From Eledone cirrhosa (Eukaryota): a stretch of DNA of 64,000 bases. This document shows positions 26,924 to 41,303 of this stretch, one piece after another. Position 1 is the stretch's first letter; every line of letters starts with the position of its first letter. Below the pieces are notes generated by a model. That model did no database searches. It saw only the letters and a program-made list of their open reading frames with translations, and was not told where the DNA came from. Position numbers and translations under genes: made by a program. Location of the stretch: contig OZ024745.1 in NCBI GenBank assembly GCA_964016885.1, positions 130,014,001-130,078,000 on the forward strand. The letters run 5' to 3'.

Positions 26924-27859
26924 GTATATATGTGTGTGTGTGTGTGCGCGCGCGCATACAATGTACACTTCGTTTATATATTCGTTGAAACAGATATTGT
27001 TATACTTTGGGAGAGTCATGCTGCAAATAAAATCACACGCACCATTTTGTTTTCACTTCAATTTATTATAAACTTTCAGTGTGTTTTTGTTAGTAACAAT
27101 TTGGTTGTTTATTTATTTATTGTCAAAGCTCTTTTGTCAAACATTCTTCAACATCGTTAGTGATTAATTTGTTATTTTCCTCTGTACATCACGATCTTGT
27201 TTTTGTGGGCTGTCACACAAAATAACAAATTAGTCACTGGGGGGTCACAGAAAGATCTTGTTTGGACAGTAAGTTGTTGAAACAGAGACAACTGCATCGT
27301 TGAAGATTCAAAACCACACAGGAACTTGTTATATTAATGTAGTTCATGTGGTGAAGATTTTTGTCGAAATATTTGAGTCCTTGACACTGACACAGTTCTT
27401 CTGCAACAACAGGTTGTATGTGATTTATTGTATGATTAAAATGAATCTTCCAAGATGTAATTACTAAAGAATCTTTCATTTTTACTAATTCCCAAATAGA
27501 TTCAGTGTCATAACTATGAAGATACATACCTATCCGAACAGCAGATTTACTAACGTTAAATGTATACATGCAGTCACAGTCGTAGCAACAAACATCCAAA
27601 TGTACAGACGTCACTAACATATTTGGAGACATTCAAAACTGTTACAGGTACACATACATGTGTATGTATATACGAATAATACTTTCGGTGTGTTTGTCAC
27701 GCACGGACGCATATGGCAGTCACTAAACATGAAGACATCAACTTAATGACATGCATAAATGCGTAAGAAATTACTTCATTTTAATGAAGGCATTCATAGA
27801 ATCAAATAAAGAAGCCCACACCACACACACAAACGTTCACACACACACACACACACACA

Positions 27860-27909
<50 letters not shown>

Positions 27910-28804
27910 AACACACAGACACAAATGCATACATACAAACACACAGACACAAATGCATACATACAAACACACGGACACACACGCAAATACACACACACAC
28001 ACAAATATGCATACGCACACACACATACACATAAATACACATCCACAAATGCAGATACATAAAGACACATACATACGCAGATATTCATAATATGAAAGAA
28101 GTAATTTGTTTTGTGCATTGCTATCTTTATTTTTTGTTTAAATATGGCGCATGTTTTATATGTCTGTGGTGTAAGTCTACGCATGCCTGCACGAGAATAA
28201 GCATACTGTGTTAATGTGAAACATTCTCTTTTGGTTTCCCCAGATACCACTCAGTGTGTTATATTTATTGAATTAGCTGTATACTGTAAGGGCAACAGGA
28301 AATACGATTTTCTAAGATGGAAACGCAATGAGATCTGTAGAGAAGTAGTGTGCAATGTGTTTATGGATTAACTATGACGCAGGTAATGGATATGTAACAT
28401 ATACATATAGTATGCTTTTATACGAATTGTCAACCGAATCCTTTTATTTATTTTTTTTTTTTTAAATAGGTAAGAATCAATTAGGGAGCGTTACTAAATA
28501 TGAAAACAGGACATATGTAAAACAAATTATGGTAAAGATCATCTCAAGATTTGTTATGTTTCAACTAATTTTTCACCATTTGCATATTTCTTTAATTAAT
28601 TTACTCGCCTCAGATTAGTTCCCGTCTAGTAAACAATAATAAAAAGTTATGGCAAAAACAGGGCCCCGTTTTGAAACCTAAGGTAGCGATCAATTGTGTC
28701 AAGAAAACATAAGTAATATTTCAGTTCTGTAAACTAAATAAAGTTGTCAGTTTACTTCATTCCTTCTACTGAAACACGCTATAGCACAAACACACACACA
28801 TAGG

Positions 28805-29086
<282 letters not shown>

Positions 29087-29095
29087 TAGATAGAT

Positions 29096-29134
<39 letters not shown>

Positions 29135-29254
29135 CACACATATACATGTATAGTTCATTTAGATCGGCACAACTTGCACAATCTTGTCCGCAGGACTAAC
29201 GATACGTACATACCTGTTATGTTTCCGTTATAGTACTGGCTCTAATAATTATAC

Positions 29255-29337
<83 letters not shown>

Positions 29338-29399
29338 TAGAGAGAAGGAATTTGTAGTTTACTCGAAGCATCGTATATTATATAAAAGGTTCGAAGTTT

Positions 29400-29830
29400 G
29401 AAAGCCACGACAATGCGGTTTTGGACGAAACATATTAAATCGTAAGAAAGAGGAAAATAAAGGAACTTTTCCAGTGTCCGATGCCGCTTGCTATAACATG
29501 CCGGCCAGCATGTTATAAGGCCACTTCAGAAGCTCTCTACATTCTAGAACCACATCATGAGAATTCTGACAAACAAACGACTCAGCGACTATATCTCTAT
29601 CAATGAGCTGCTCAACATTAACAGGTTTAAACCAATCAGCTCAGTTATCAAGTCAAGCGTACTTAAAATGTATGGTGATATCAAAATATCAACTGGTGAT
29701 GTGATTAAGTTATGCCTAGAAGTAAAGCTAGCCTGTAAGAGAATCAATGGTCGACAGCCAAAACATTGACTTGATAATGATATATGGAATGGATTTGACC
29801 TTTACTCTCTGAACTCTGCTGTTGGTGCTT
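29400..29830 (+). mobile_element. RTE-clade LINE 3' fragment, degraded
   Basis: MRILTNKRLSDYISINELL...LKMYG....KLCLE.....KR.NGRQPKH*LD. Confidence 0.7.
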
Positions 29831-30319
29831 CAACTTTATGAAGAAAAATATCTTATTTTTATGCGCAGTCTGCAAAGGACGGATTGAGCGCCTAGAAATA
29901 TGTATTTTAACTACTTAGCATACCTTCTCACGAATTATCGAAGCAGGAGATATTAAGATTGGTTATATTTGGATATGATACAAATATTATATTATCCAGA
30001 TATCTGACAGCAAATATTATACTAATAAGCACTGAACCAAAATTATAAGAACTCACCTAGGATTAATATTTGTTCAAAATATTTCTCTAGCAAATCGAAA
30101 GAAATATATTAGACACAAAATAAGTGGATATTAAATACTCGCACAGATAGTGAGACGTATATGGTGATTTTGTTTCTCATTAACACTTTCTCTCCCACAC
30201 TCTTTCTTTTCTCTTCTCACTTTCTTTCACTGTACCCCTCCCACTTTCTCTTTCTGTATCTATACATATTAGAATATGTGCGTGAGTGAGAAACCCTGAA
30301 TATATACATATGCACGCAT

Positions 30320-30365
<46 letters not shown>

Positions 30366-30637
30366 ACACACAGACACAGACACACACACACACACACACA
30401 TATGCACATAAATATATATATATATATATATGAAGAGAGACAGAGAGAGGAAGAGGAAGAGAGAGAGAGAGAGAAAGAGAGAGAGACGGAAAAAAGAGTG
30501 TATACAAAAGATCTACATGAATATGTACCTATATGGATATATATATATATATATATATTTAGAATACAAACGTATATAAAAATATATATATACGTATATA
30601 TACATGCATACCTCTCTACATACATACACACACATAT

Positions 30638-30669
<32 letters not shown>

Positions 30670-30734
30670 GTATGTATATACACAGAGATAGCCACGGTAA
30701 ATTGTGGGGTCTGTTGTATGTATATATGTATTCC

Positions 30735-31150
30735 AGTACAACCTGCCCCATGGTCGGGTCGTTGGCGACTAAACTGCCAACCCCACCAAGGTTTCTTGGT
30801 GAGGAGGGTGACTGTGGACATCCTGCAGGACTAAAAACAAATCCTAGCAAAGGGCAAAGGAACTCTTAAGAGTCAATGGCCATCCAAAATCACCGGGAGA
30901 GATGACCCCTTAGCCTTTGTCAAGGCAGAATTCTAGGAGAAGGAAAACTCTGATATAACACCTGCAACCCTGATGGTATCCAATGATGTTGACTTGTTCT
31001 TCTTGTTGGTAAATATCATCTTGGTTAAGAGAATGGGACTGGCTTTGTGCAGTGCCTTTGCTCACTATAAAAGCTTCACGGGACAGGCATTGCTTTATAT
31101 CTGGAGATCTCTCTGCACTTGTCATCACATGGTACCATGGGCCCAGCACT
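30735..31150 (+). mobile_element. Possible LINE (RTE-like) 5' UTR fragment
   Basis: GC-richer island containing ggagaaggaaaactctgat, which I recall from RTE 5' regions; no ORF support. Confidence 0.35.
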
Positions 31151-31159
31151 ATGTGTCAA

Positions 31160-31346
31160 TAATTGTCACAAGTGTAGTGTTTGTACCAGAGTTTTCAAGT
31201 CTCTGGCTGGACTAAAAAGTCACACTCGTTCAGTGCATCGGTAGGGGTTCTCCTACATGGATATAAAGTAGTGGCCGTACTCGAAAACGAGTTGGCAGCC
31301 ACCATATACATATATATCTATATATATATATATACCATATACAAAC

Positions 31347-31428
<82 letters not shown>

Positions 31429-31665
31429 CATATATATATATATATATACATACCATACATACATATATATATATTTATGTATATATATATATTTATATAT
31501 ATTTATATGTATATATATATGGTGGCTGCCAACTCGTTTTCGAGTACGTCCACTGCTTTATATCCATGTAGGAGAACCCCTACCGATGCGCTGAACGAGT
31601 GTGACTTTTCAGTCCAGCCAGCGACTTGAAAACTCTGGTACAAACACTACACTTCTGACAATTAT
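31160..31665. repeat. Inverted repeat (~147 bp arms) with a (TA)n spacer
   Basis: 31160-31307 is the reverse complement of 31517-31665 with several substitutions. Confidence 0.9.
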
Positions 31666-31675
31666 TATATATACG

Positions 31676-31708
<33 letters not shown>

Positions 31709-32112
31709 GTATATACACACACACGCACACACACGCACACACACACACACACATATATATAAAGAACGAATTGGAGTGAAGGAAGGAGATTGAATACATG
31801 AGATCTACACGAATGTGTACCTATACGGATATGTGTATGGGCACATTCCTTGTGTATTAAATAATCTATGAGGCTTATTGTGATCATAGCAAAAAATCCC
31901 TCAGCTGTGTCTTCCGGTTTTATCCAGTTCAGCATTTTGAATTTAAATCCGTCACTTCTGGTACTGATTATATTTCAAGGAGATTAAATAAAAATCTGTT
32001 TTCACATTTTAATGTGTTTCCACCGTGTGAACTATAACCCGCCATCCACCGCTTAACATTCTAATATATTCATTTTCAGATAAATATGTTTACTGTATAT
32101 TCTATTACTTGA

Positions 32113-32204
<92 letters not shown>

Positions 32205-32275
32205 GTGTGCGTACGTGTGTGCTTCTGTGTTTGTACATATACACATACGTAAACAGATGCACACCTAGAATATCC

Positions 32276-32369
<94 letters not shown>

Positions 32370-32396
32370 GTATATATTTATACATACATATATATG

Positions 32397-32451
<55 letters not shown>

Positions 32452-32456
<5 letters not shown>

Positions 32457-32540
32457 TGAAAATAGACCGAGAAACATGACTGTCCATCATCAGTGATCTG
32501 CTGACTATCATTGGGATTTCTTCGCATTGAAGACCAGATA
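32452..32540 (-). mobile_element. Diverged terminal fragment of family B
   Basis: tcatcagtgatct...atcattgg.atttc.tcgc.tt.aagacca matches 37929-37980. Confidence 0.65.
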
Positions 32541-32566
32541 TATATATATATATGCATATACATATA

Positions 32567-32624
<58 letters not shown>

Positions 32625-32740
32625 AAATTAAGATAAATCAAAATGAATTTAATCTAAATCAAAATTATGGGTGTCATGCCAGAAAGGCATGCGCCATATC
32701 ACCTGCAAAATAAGCTCCAAGATTCTAATGAAGCATTTTT

Positions 32741-32872
32741 ATAACAACTAGAAATTGATTAACATATAAATAAACATATGAATAATCACAGGAGATAATA
32801 CACACTTGTAAAAATTATCTCCTGTGATTATTCATATGTTCATTTATATGATAATCAATTTCTAGTTGTTAT
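32741..32872. repeat. Hairpin palindrome ending in (TA)n
   Basis: ataacaactagaaattgatt...caggagataat / attatctcctg...aatcaatttctagttgttat. Confidence 0.9.
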
Positions 32873-32977
32873 ATATATATATATTTATTAAAATAACAGA
32901 TTAAAGTTTAAGCAAATAATCGCTGCTTTCACCCTTAACGGGATCTTCTGGATTTTAGTCTTCAAATTTATTATTAT

Positions 32978-33013
<36 letters not shown>

Positions 33014-33523
33014 ACTCGTACAAGTTATGAAATTGACCGGTTTACGCACGTCGTGATCGAAATATCCCGAATTCGATTTCTAACCAGCGCGCTAATTCTA
33101 TATCGCTGTCTAATTGCGAATGTTGGCATTTAATCTCCGGAAATGTTTTAGGTACTACTATTGTATACTCTCACATCGTATACGCCATGTTACTTGGAGA
33201 CTAGAGCCGAATGCTACCATTGTATTGTACAGCGATCCGAGTTATCTATCGATTCTAATATCCTATTTTTTCACTCGCTTTGTTATTTTGTATTTGACTT
33301 GAAATATGTTGGTGCCTCTTTATGGAGGGGCGGAATGAATAGCATTTCGACTCCTACCATCATGTAAATTTCTTAACCAGCGGCCAATCGGTTGACGGCA
33401 TTTGAATGACGCGGAGAGAGCTCACTTATTAATGTACTACTGTGTCGCCTGTCGTATTCACTACCATAGGCGGAACGGACAGGAATGGAATTCTGTCGAT
33501 CAATTGGTTAATGATTAGGTGTG

Positions 33524-33636
33524 ACCCACTGATGAAGCCACATGCGCCTATCGTACATTGTTGCATAATTAATGCAGACAGTAGATGCTCTGCGCTCTCT
33601 TGCTGCATTAAGCGTGGCCGAAACTCGAGTACGGGT
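33524..33636 (+). ncRNA. Type I hammerhead motif with a long branched stem II, in a ~770 bp (TA)n-flanked element (33011-33781)
   Basis: ACCCa-CTGATGA-a-GCCAC..TTAATGCAG..CTGCATTAA..GTGGC-c-GAAA-CTCGAG-TA-cGGGT. Confidence 0.8.
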
Positions 33637-33782
33637 AGAGATTTATGGTACCTCTTTACGTGTGTTGTATTGAAGCAATTAACTTTGTGTTTATTCTGGG
33701 ATTTTTACATAAACTTGCCTATTGACTACGCTGATATGCAACTGGTACTAGAAGGGAAACTTATGCTAGCCCGCCAACTTAT

Positions 33783-33898
<116 letters not shown>

Positions 33899-34049
33899 TG
33901 CGTGCGTACGCCTATCTATATCGAATACATGATAATTAGGCATTGCTAAAACTTCATTAACCGCATTAACTTTATGATCAAAATGATATGCCCTATACAT
34001 ATGATATCATTTCACTTTATTTCCTCAAATTTTCTAATCTAATATCAAT

Positions 34050-34450
34050 CTCTTACAACTTTTTACCTGAATATCTACACCGTGTCATAGTGTATTTGTT
34101 TAGCCAACTGAATATATTTTTAGTTGCAAAATATTTTCCGAATTTGCACTCAAATCAGTCCGTATAAAATTGTACTTCTCTGTATATACTCTTTTACATG
34201 TTTCAGCCATCCAGCTGTGTGTTTGTTTTTGTCTTCATGGCTGGAGTCCATTGCATGCGTGTTCCTGAATAATTTCAAGTGCGTATATGTACAAATATGT
34301 TGATGATTCTACAACACTGTAAACACCTGATATATTTTACATAATTTCACATGACTCTTGATATCTTGAATTTCTATAACATATTTGTAATTTTGTACTC
34401 TGCTGAATTTTTTCAAGTTGCGTGAAGCCCAGATTATCAATATTGGTCCA
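34050..34450 (-). pseudogene. Possible degraded GIY-YIG endonuclease remnant (PLE)
   Basis: YVKYIRCLQC...IQEH...WLKHVKE resembles VVY.I.C..C...R..EH...LA.H. Confidence 0.3.
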
Positions 34451-34701
34451 GGACAGGTTAGCTACATACATTCTTGCCTCAGTATCCTATTGAAATTCAT
34501 ATCCCAGGTGTTACATCAGCAGATTTGACTTTACTTTGATATACACGAGTCCGCTTCTCATATCTATAAAATTAGGTTAACGTCTGCAGGACAACTGGTT
34601 TCATTCACTCTGCACACTTTCGTTTCACATTCCCAAATTAATGAAGGTCTCTCGTCTATACATTTGACGGAAACATTTTTATCATTGTTATTATTATTAT
34701 C

Positions 34702-34870
34702 AGGGCGGTAGTTTAGCAGTATCGGTAGAGTGTCCGACATCATACTTTGCGTCATAGTTACGATCCTTTACGTTGGTTAGCTTAGCCTATCATTCTTACA
34801 GGGTCGATAAATTAAAGCACCGGTAATGCACTGGGGTCAATTTAATCGACTTTCACCTCTCACAAAATTG
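34702..34870 (+). mobile_element. SINE, long variant, internally deleted
   Basis: gggcggtagtttagcagtatcggtagag...gggtcgataaattaaagcacc...ggggtcaatttaatcgac. Confidence 0.8.
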
Positions 34871-35158
34871 TTGTCAACTGACTCCACTAAACGAATGAGG
34901 GAAACCATAGTACGGAACACTTCCAATACTATACTTCCAATACTATACTATGTTTTGTTTAGAATAGATGAAACATCATGCTGACGCCATAAATAATATA
35001 CGGACGATGTACAAAAAGACAATTACGTAAGAATGTTGAAAGAAATAATACAAATTTATTGCTACCATTAAATGATGTAGAAGCAGAAACCCCCAAAATG
35101 TGGCACCATTAACAATAGACACTAGACTTTACGTGACAAATATAGATAATACGGAAAA

Positions 35159-35341
35159 TAATTGTTTCTACGTTTGGCACAAGGCCAGCAATTACCCAGT
35201 GCATTACTGGTACTTTATTTTATCGACCCCGTAAGGATGAAAGGCAAAGTTAACATCGGCGGGATTTGAACTCAGGATGGCAAGGCCCGTAACCCTATTC
35301 ATCAAAGCATGGCGTCCGACCCTCTACCGAGACTGCCAATC
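35159..35341 (-). mobile_element. tRNA-derived SINE
   Basis: Family match. Confidence 0.9.
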
Positions 35342-35379
35342 AAACGCCCTTTGAAAATAATACGCTAGAAGTAGTCGAG

Positions 35380-35800
35380 CGTGCCACATGGAGGCTGACA
35401 GTGACGGCGTTCCTCTCGAACTATGGCTGTGAATAGAGAGATTGTAGAATAGCCCCTGGCGTGTCTTGCAGATTAGCGTTGACATCCTTGTGTAGTCTGC
35501 GACTAATCCAGGCTTTGCTAAACTTCGGGCCGAGGATGGTAAATACTCCAAATATCGGTCGATCTCCGACAGGTTTCCACTCGAGCCCGTAGCAGTAAAG
35601 ACGTATGGAGTCCTTAGCACTAGGACCACCTCTCTAAACACCATCAACGGCACGGAACTGGCTACCCGCAGGTGTGAGCCTCGCGATCTGGAATGTCTCT
35701 TCCATTCCAGATCGCGTCTCCCTCAACATGCTCCAAGTAAATGCCTTCTATATTCTGTCCGCAGAGACCGTATGGTTGTCAGAGCTTGGGCTCCCATTTG
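35380..35800 (+). mobile_element. Second CRE-like 3' fragment, degraded
   Basis: LV*SATNPGFAKLRAEDGKYSKYRSISDRFPLEPVAVKTYGVL aligns with the translation of 17560-17950. Confidence 0.7.
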
Positions 35801-36803
35801 CATCGAGATGAGATGAGCAAGAAAGATGAAAGCAGAGTCTGAAAGAGAGAGAACATCTACAAACACAAGCTCTTGATAGATTAGCATAGAATTATTCATA
35901 ACGATTTCTTAACAAGCCATGGGATAGAGAATCAAATTTTATTAAGGTTTCCTAATTAATTATGATACAGAGAAACCACTCAATATTGAGAAACTCTAGA
36001 CTAATTGGAACAATTGAAAATAAACTAGATGGAGCGAGCTGCACAGAAAACCTGGAAGTCAAAACGAATGAGCGATGGCTTAATTGTTCCTTTAAAGATT
36101 GTAGATACAACGAGAAACGACACGTCAGTCGTTTTGTTATTTTACACTAATTAAAACTTCTCATTTGAAAACAATAGTTTATATTATTTTTAATGAATTT
36201 TTTACAATAAATTTATATAGAAAAAAAGTGAATACTCTTTGCTGATTTCGATCTTCAGCTGCGGATAATAAATCTCAAAGCAAATACAAAGCGACACATC
36301 AAAATGGAATCAACCTACATATTGCAAGAATTTTTGAGCAATTTATTTAATCTCCGGATACATTATCTCGCTGATAATCAGAATTTTGTCAGAAGTCTAT
36401 TTAAACAGGACGCCTTTGACAGATGAAATGAAAATAGAAAAATAAAATGTGTTGCAGTTTATATACAGCAAAGCATAGGAATCATGTCTGTTCATATTAA
36501 TTGTATTTATTTATCATAGTATATATTACTTTTTTAAAGTACGGATCTTTCCAATTTTATTGAGCCCTATCTTAAAAGATTTTTGTAATTTTAAATTTCT
36601 TTAAACTATGAAATATTTATTCATATAATTATTATCACTCTCTCTTTGTCTCTCTCTCCCTCTGTGTGTATATATATATATATATGTGTGTATATGTGTG
36701 TGCGTGTGCGTGTGTATCTGTGAGTGTGTGTATAATATATATATGTGTATGTATATATACATATGTACATAAATAAGTACACATACTCATATATATATAT
36801 GTA

Positions 36804-36894
<91 letters not shown>

Positions 36895-37044
36895 TGTATA
36901 TATATTGTGATATAAGCATGCCTGCATTAATGTGGAATAGCGTGTGGGTAACTCTGGTATGAGTGACTCCGTATGTGTGGGCATAATGTTAAAAATACGC
37001 TTATAGCGGCAGTGCCAAACCATATATATGAGTATACATATGTC

Positions 37045-37106
<62 letters not shown>

Positions 37107-37128
37107 TATGTATATATATATATACATA

Positions 37129-37160
<32 letters not shown>

Positions 37161-37274
37161 TAACAAAAGGAATTCCATCTTTGTCTGATTTACTCGTTTT
37201 ATTTACAATCCTTTAAAATATAATGGTATTAGAATGAAATAGTATGGTAGAATATTAAATGTTAAGTGTTAATT

Positions 37275-37311
37275 GGACAAGTACTTTCATGCTTTCGCAA
37301 TCTTCAGGTTC
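37275..37311 (-). ncRNA. Minimal type I hammerhead motif
   Basis: Minus strand GAAC-CTGAAGA-t-TGC-GAAA-GCA-t-GAAA-GTAC-TT-GTCC. Stem II is GNRA-capped, stem III is palindromic, and stem I has 3 of 4 pairs. Confidence 0.7.
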
Positions 37312-37339
37312 TTATTCTGGGGTGATAGTCAAGTATGCA

Positions 37340-37430
<91 letters not shown>

Positions 37431-37569
37431 ATAGCAGTATGGAAGAAAAATTCGCGGTTTTATATTTATTTCTAAGATATCTGTATAAATATACGTGTAC
37501 AAAGACAAACGCAAACACGTACATCTATGCATAGATACATGCACACATACACGTACACATACACTACTC

Positions 37570-37600
<31 letters not shown>

Positions 37601-37609
37601 CTCATATAT

Positions 37610-37687
<78 letters not shown>

Positions 37688-37689
<2 letters not shown>

Positions 37690-37876
37690 CGAAGGAAATG
37701 TGGTAAGGAACCAGATGGACTATAACGCACCAAAGTACTCAATACTTAGGGTAGTAGAGTGGGTAATAGGAACGAGTAAGACCCCGACGGCTGAGCTCAA
37801 GCCGTTTCGACGGCTAATTCAGTCCAGAATTAGCCGCCGAAACGGCTTGAGCTCAGCCGTCAGGGTCCTACTCGTT

Positions 37877-37880
<4 letters not shown>
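37688..37880. mobile_element. Family A: ~190 bp element = ~80 bp tail + ~112 bp palindrome (half-hammerhead)
   Basis: Flanked both sides by (TA)n; palindrome 37768-37880. Confidence 0.9.
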
Positions 37881-37912
<32 letters not shown>

Positions 37913-37916
<4 letters not shown>

Positions 37917-38893
37917 TAAAGTTAGTCATTCATCAGTGATCTTCCAACCATCATTGGTATTTCATCGCTTTAAAGACCATATACCTCCGGTTGGTGCGAG
38001 CAACGGCTAAAAAAAGTCGTTGGGACACGTAAATAAAGGGGACACGAGAGTGTAAACAAACAAACATGGTGAAGCAACGAAAAGTGAGGAAGAAGGAATC
38101 AAGTCCCAAATTTCCATGAATCGTAAACGAGAGAGAATAAAGACCATCAAACCTGGTTGGAATGTGAGCAAGGAAGGAATTCCGTACTGGTCTAACGGGA
38201 AGAAGAAGGGATCTAGTCTGTGAATTCGGTGAACGTAAGTTCTGTGAAATCGTAGACGAGAGAGAGAAAAAAAGCGACCTGCTTGACCAAGGGTGCGAAA
38301 GAAAAGAATTACGCACAGGTCAAACGGGAAGAAGGAGGAGGAGGAGAGGTAGTAACAGAGAGTGAGTGAGTGAAGGGTGAGGAAGAGGGTAACAGAGAGA
38401 GTGACTGTTAGAGAGGGTAAATATACAGAGAAAGAGGAAGCAGTAAGAACGAAATAGACGGGTCACAGCGGGGAAAAAAAATATGTGTAAATATGAGAAT
38501 AAACGTGCTGCGTGGTTGCTAATGGGTTACATATGAATAAAGTTAGTCCTTCATCAGTGATCTTCCAACCATCATTGGTATTTCATCGTTTTAAAGACCA
38601 TATACCTCTGGTTGGTGCGGAGCAACGGCTAACAAAAGTCGTTGGGACACGTAAATAAAGGGGACACGAGAGTGTAAACAAACAAAGATGGTGAAGCAAC
38701 GAAAAGTGAGGAAGAAGGAATCAAGTCCAAATTTCCATGAATATAAGTTCGGTGAAATCGTGAACGAGAGAGAATAAAGACCATCAAACCTGGTTGGAAT
38801 GTGAGCAAGGAAGGAATTCCGTACAGGTCTAACGGGAGGAAGAAGGGATCTAGTCTGTGAATTCGGTGAACGTAAGTTCTGTGAAATCGTAGA

Positions 38894-38896
<3 letters not shown>
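37913..38896 (-). mobile_element. Family B: non-coding element in partial tandem (unit ~620 bp)
   Basis: 37913-38257 is repeated at 38532-38896. It is homologous to 59915-60682 in the opposite orientation and is (TA)n-flanked. Confidence 0.85.
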
Positions 38897-38946
<50 letters not shown>

Positions 38947-38947
38947 T

Positions 38948-39202
38948 ACGATATATTAACAAATGGAAACTATATTTATAAAACCATATTTATTTCATTA
39001 TACATATTTCAAGGACACCAAGTTAAATTATGGTGTGCTTTCATGAGATAAAATATAATATAGATCAGTTTTATAAATAAATATTGACATATCATATTTT
39101 ATCTGATGAAAGCACACCATAATATAACTTGGTGTCCTCGAAATATCTATGATGAAATAAATATGGTTTTATAAATATAGCTTCCATTTGTTAATATATC
39201 GT
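38948..39202. mobile_element. Palindromic element with mirrored, partly decayed hammerheads
   Basis: Arms 38948-39058 / 39093-39202. On + at 39101-39153: CTGATGA-aagcACACCA..TGGTGTcctc-GAAA. Stem I is weak. Confidence 0.75.
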
Positions 39203-39358
39203 ATTTTTATTCCAATAATTTGTTGAGTGTTTTATATCAATTATAAAAATATTTGCTCGTTGTATCGCAACAATGTAATAAGAACTTCTATATATATACA
39301 TATATACATATAGGTATATACATACAGACACACATAAATATATATATATATATATATA

Positions 39359-39547
39359 TAACGAAGGTGGTGTGGTAAGGAACCAGATGGACCATAACGC
39401 ACCAGAGTACTCAATACTTAGGGTAGTAGAGTGGGTAATAGGAAAATGTATGACCCCGACGGCGGAGCTCAAGCCGTTTCGACGGCTATTTCTGGAAATA
39501 GCCGTCGAAACGGCTTGAGCTCTGCCGTCGGGGTCGTAATTTCTCAT
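39359..39547. mobile_element. Family A copy
   Basis: Same tail + palindrome layout, in (TA)n. Confidence 0.9.
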
Positions 39548-39648
39548 ATATATATATATATATATGTATGTATATATATATTTAAATATACATATATATA
39601 TATTCACCTGTATATATATATATATATATGTGTGTGTGTATGTATATA

Positions 39649-39728
39649 CAGGGTTTACCCCAAAAATGTAGACAAACTTTTATTAGAATGCTGTTGATGT
39701 GTGTATAAATATTTTGGGGGACATCCTG
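39649..39728. mobile_element. 80 bp Tc1/mariner-like MITE
   Basis: Imperfect TIRs cagggtttaccccaaaa / ttttgggggacatcctg, flanked by TA. Confidence 0.6.
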
Positions 39729-40552
39729 TATATATATATATATATGCACATATATCTAAAGGGATGTATGTATATATATATATATATATATATACACTTA
39801 CACATATGCGTATATACGTACATATATAAATATATATATTCATTGATACATACATATACAAACTCATGTGTGGTTTGGCTGTTAGATTCTTCAACAAATG
39901 GTATTATTTTTCTTATTTCTTACATTTTACTTTTGATCTTTCGTACATTTCCATCTTAATTGTTTTTCGTTATGTTCTACACTCCTTGCATTAAGTCAGA
40001 CAGATACTCACGGACACACAGACACACAGACACACAGACACACAGACACATAAAAAAATCTTAAAATATCAATAGACTGCAAACAAAGTAATACCGAACA
40101 TTGACCTCTGCAGAATCTGTGTTAAGTGAATATGCAGATACACATCCTTTTAGCTCGGTGTTCAACCAATCATAGATGAATGCGAATTGGTGTGGTTCTG
40201 GGTAGTCCAAGCTGGGTGTGATATCTCCGGTACTTTTAAATTTCTCTCAGCGTCATGGCTGCTCACACAAATATTTCTTTGTTTAGGCATGTGTTGGAAT
40301 ACACCTCACGCACTCCCATTTTTTTTTCACCGTCTGGCTGTCTATCTCGCTCCCATCCTCTTTCCGTCTCTTACTTTCTCATCCACTTATCTGATTCTCT
40401 GGGTAAATAGCTATATATATATATATAACTAACAAATAGTTGTCTTATAAAGGAGTAGCGTCCAAAAAGTTAACACCCACTTCCTCCTATTTCAAGTGTT
40501 AAATTAATCCCTTCCTTCCATATACTGTACCATTTGCGTTGTTATTTTTATT

Positions 40553-41076
<524 letters not shown>

Positions 41077-41082
41077 TATTAG

Positions 41083-41209
41083 AGAGAGTCGGGTCTCGAC
41101 GGTTGAGGTCTTGCCATTTCGACAGCTAATTTCACAGGTCGGAAATATCTTTCGAACAGTGAGAGCTCACCCGTCGGGACCCGACTCCCTAATATAGTTA
41201 CACTATTCT

Positions 41210-41212
<3 letters not shown>
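41083..41212. mobile_element. Decayed family A relative
   Basis: gagtcgggtctcgacgg...ccgtcgggacccgactc. Confidence 0.65.

Positions 41213-41303
<91 letters not shown>

Noticed and set aside
27234-27632. 132-aa non-repetitive minus-strand ORF as a host exon
   Set aside because: No recognisable domain or splice context; it adjoins a repeat of the 6772 family
31572-31640. CTGAACGA...GAAA in the 31160-31665 arms
   Set aside because: Non-canonical spacing and no consistent stems
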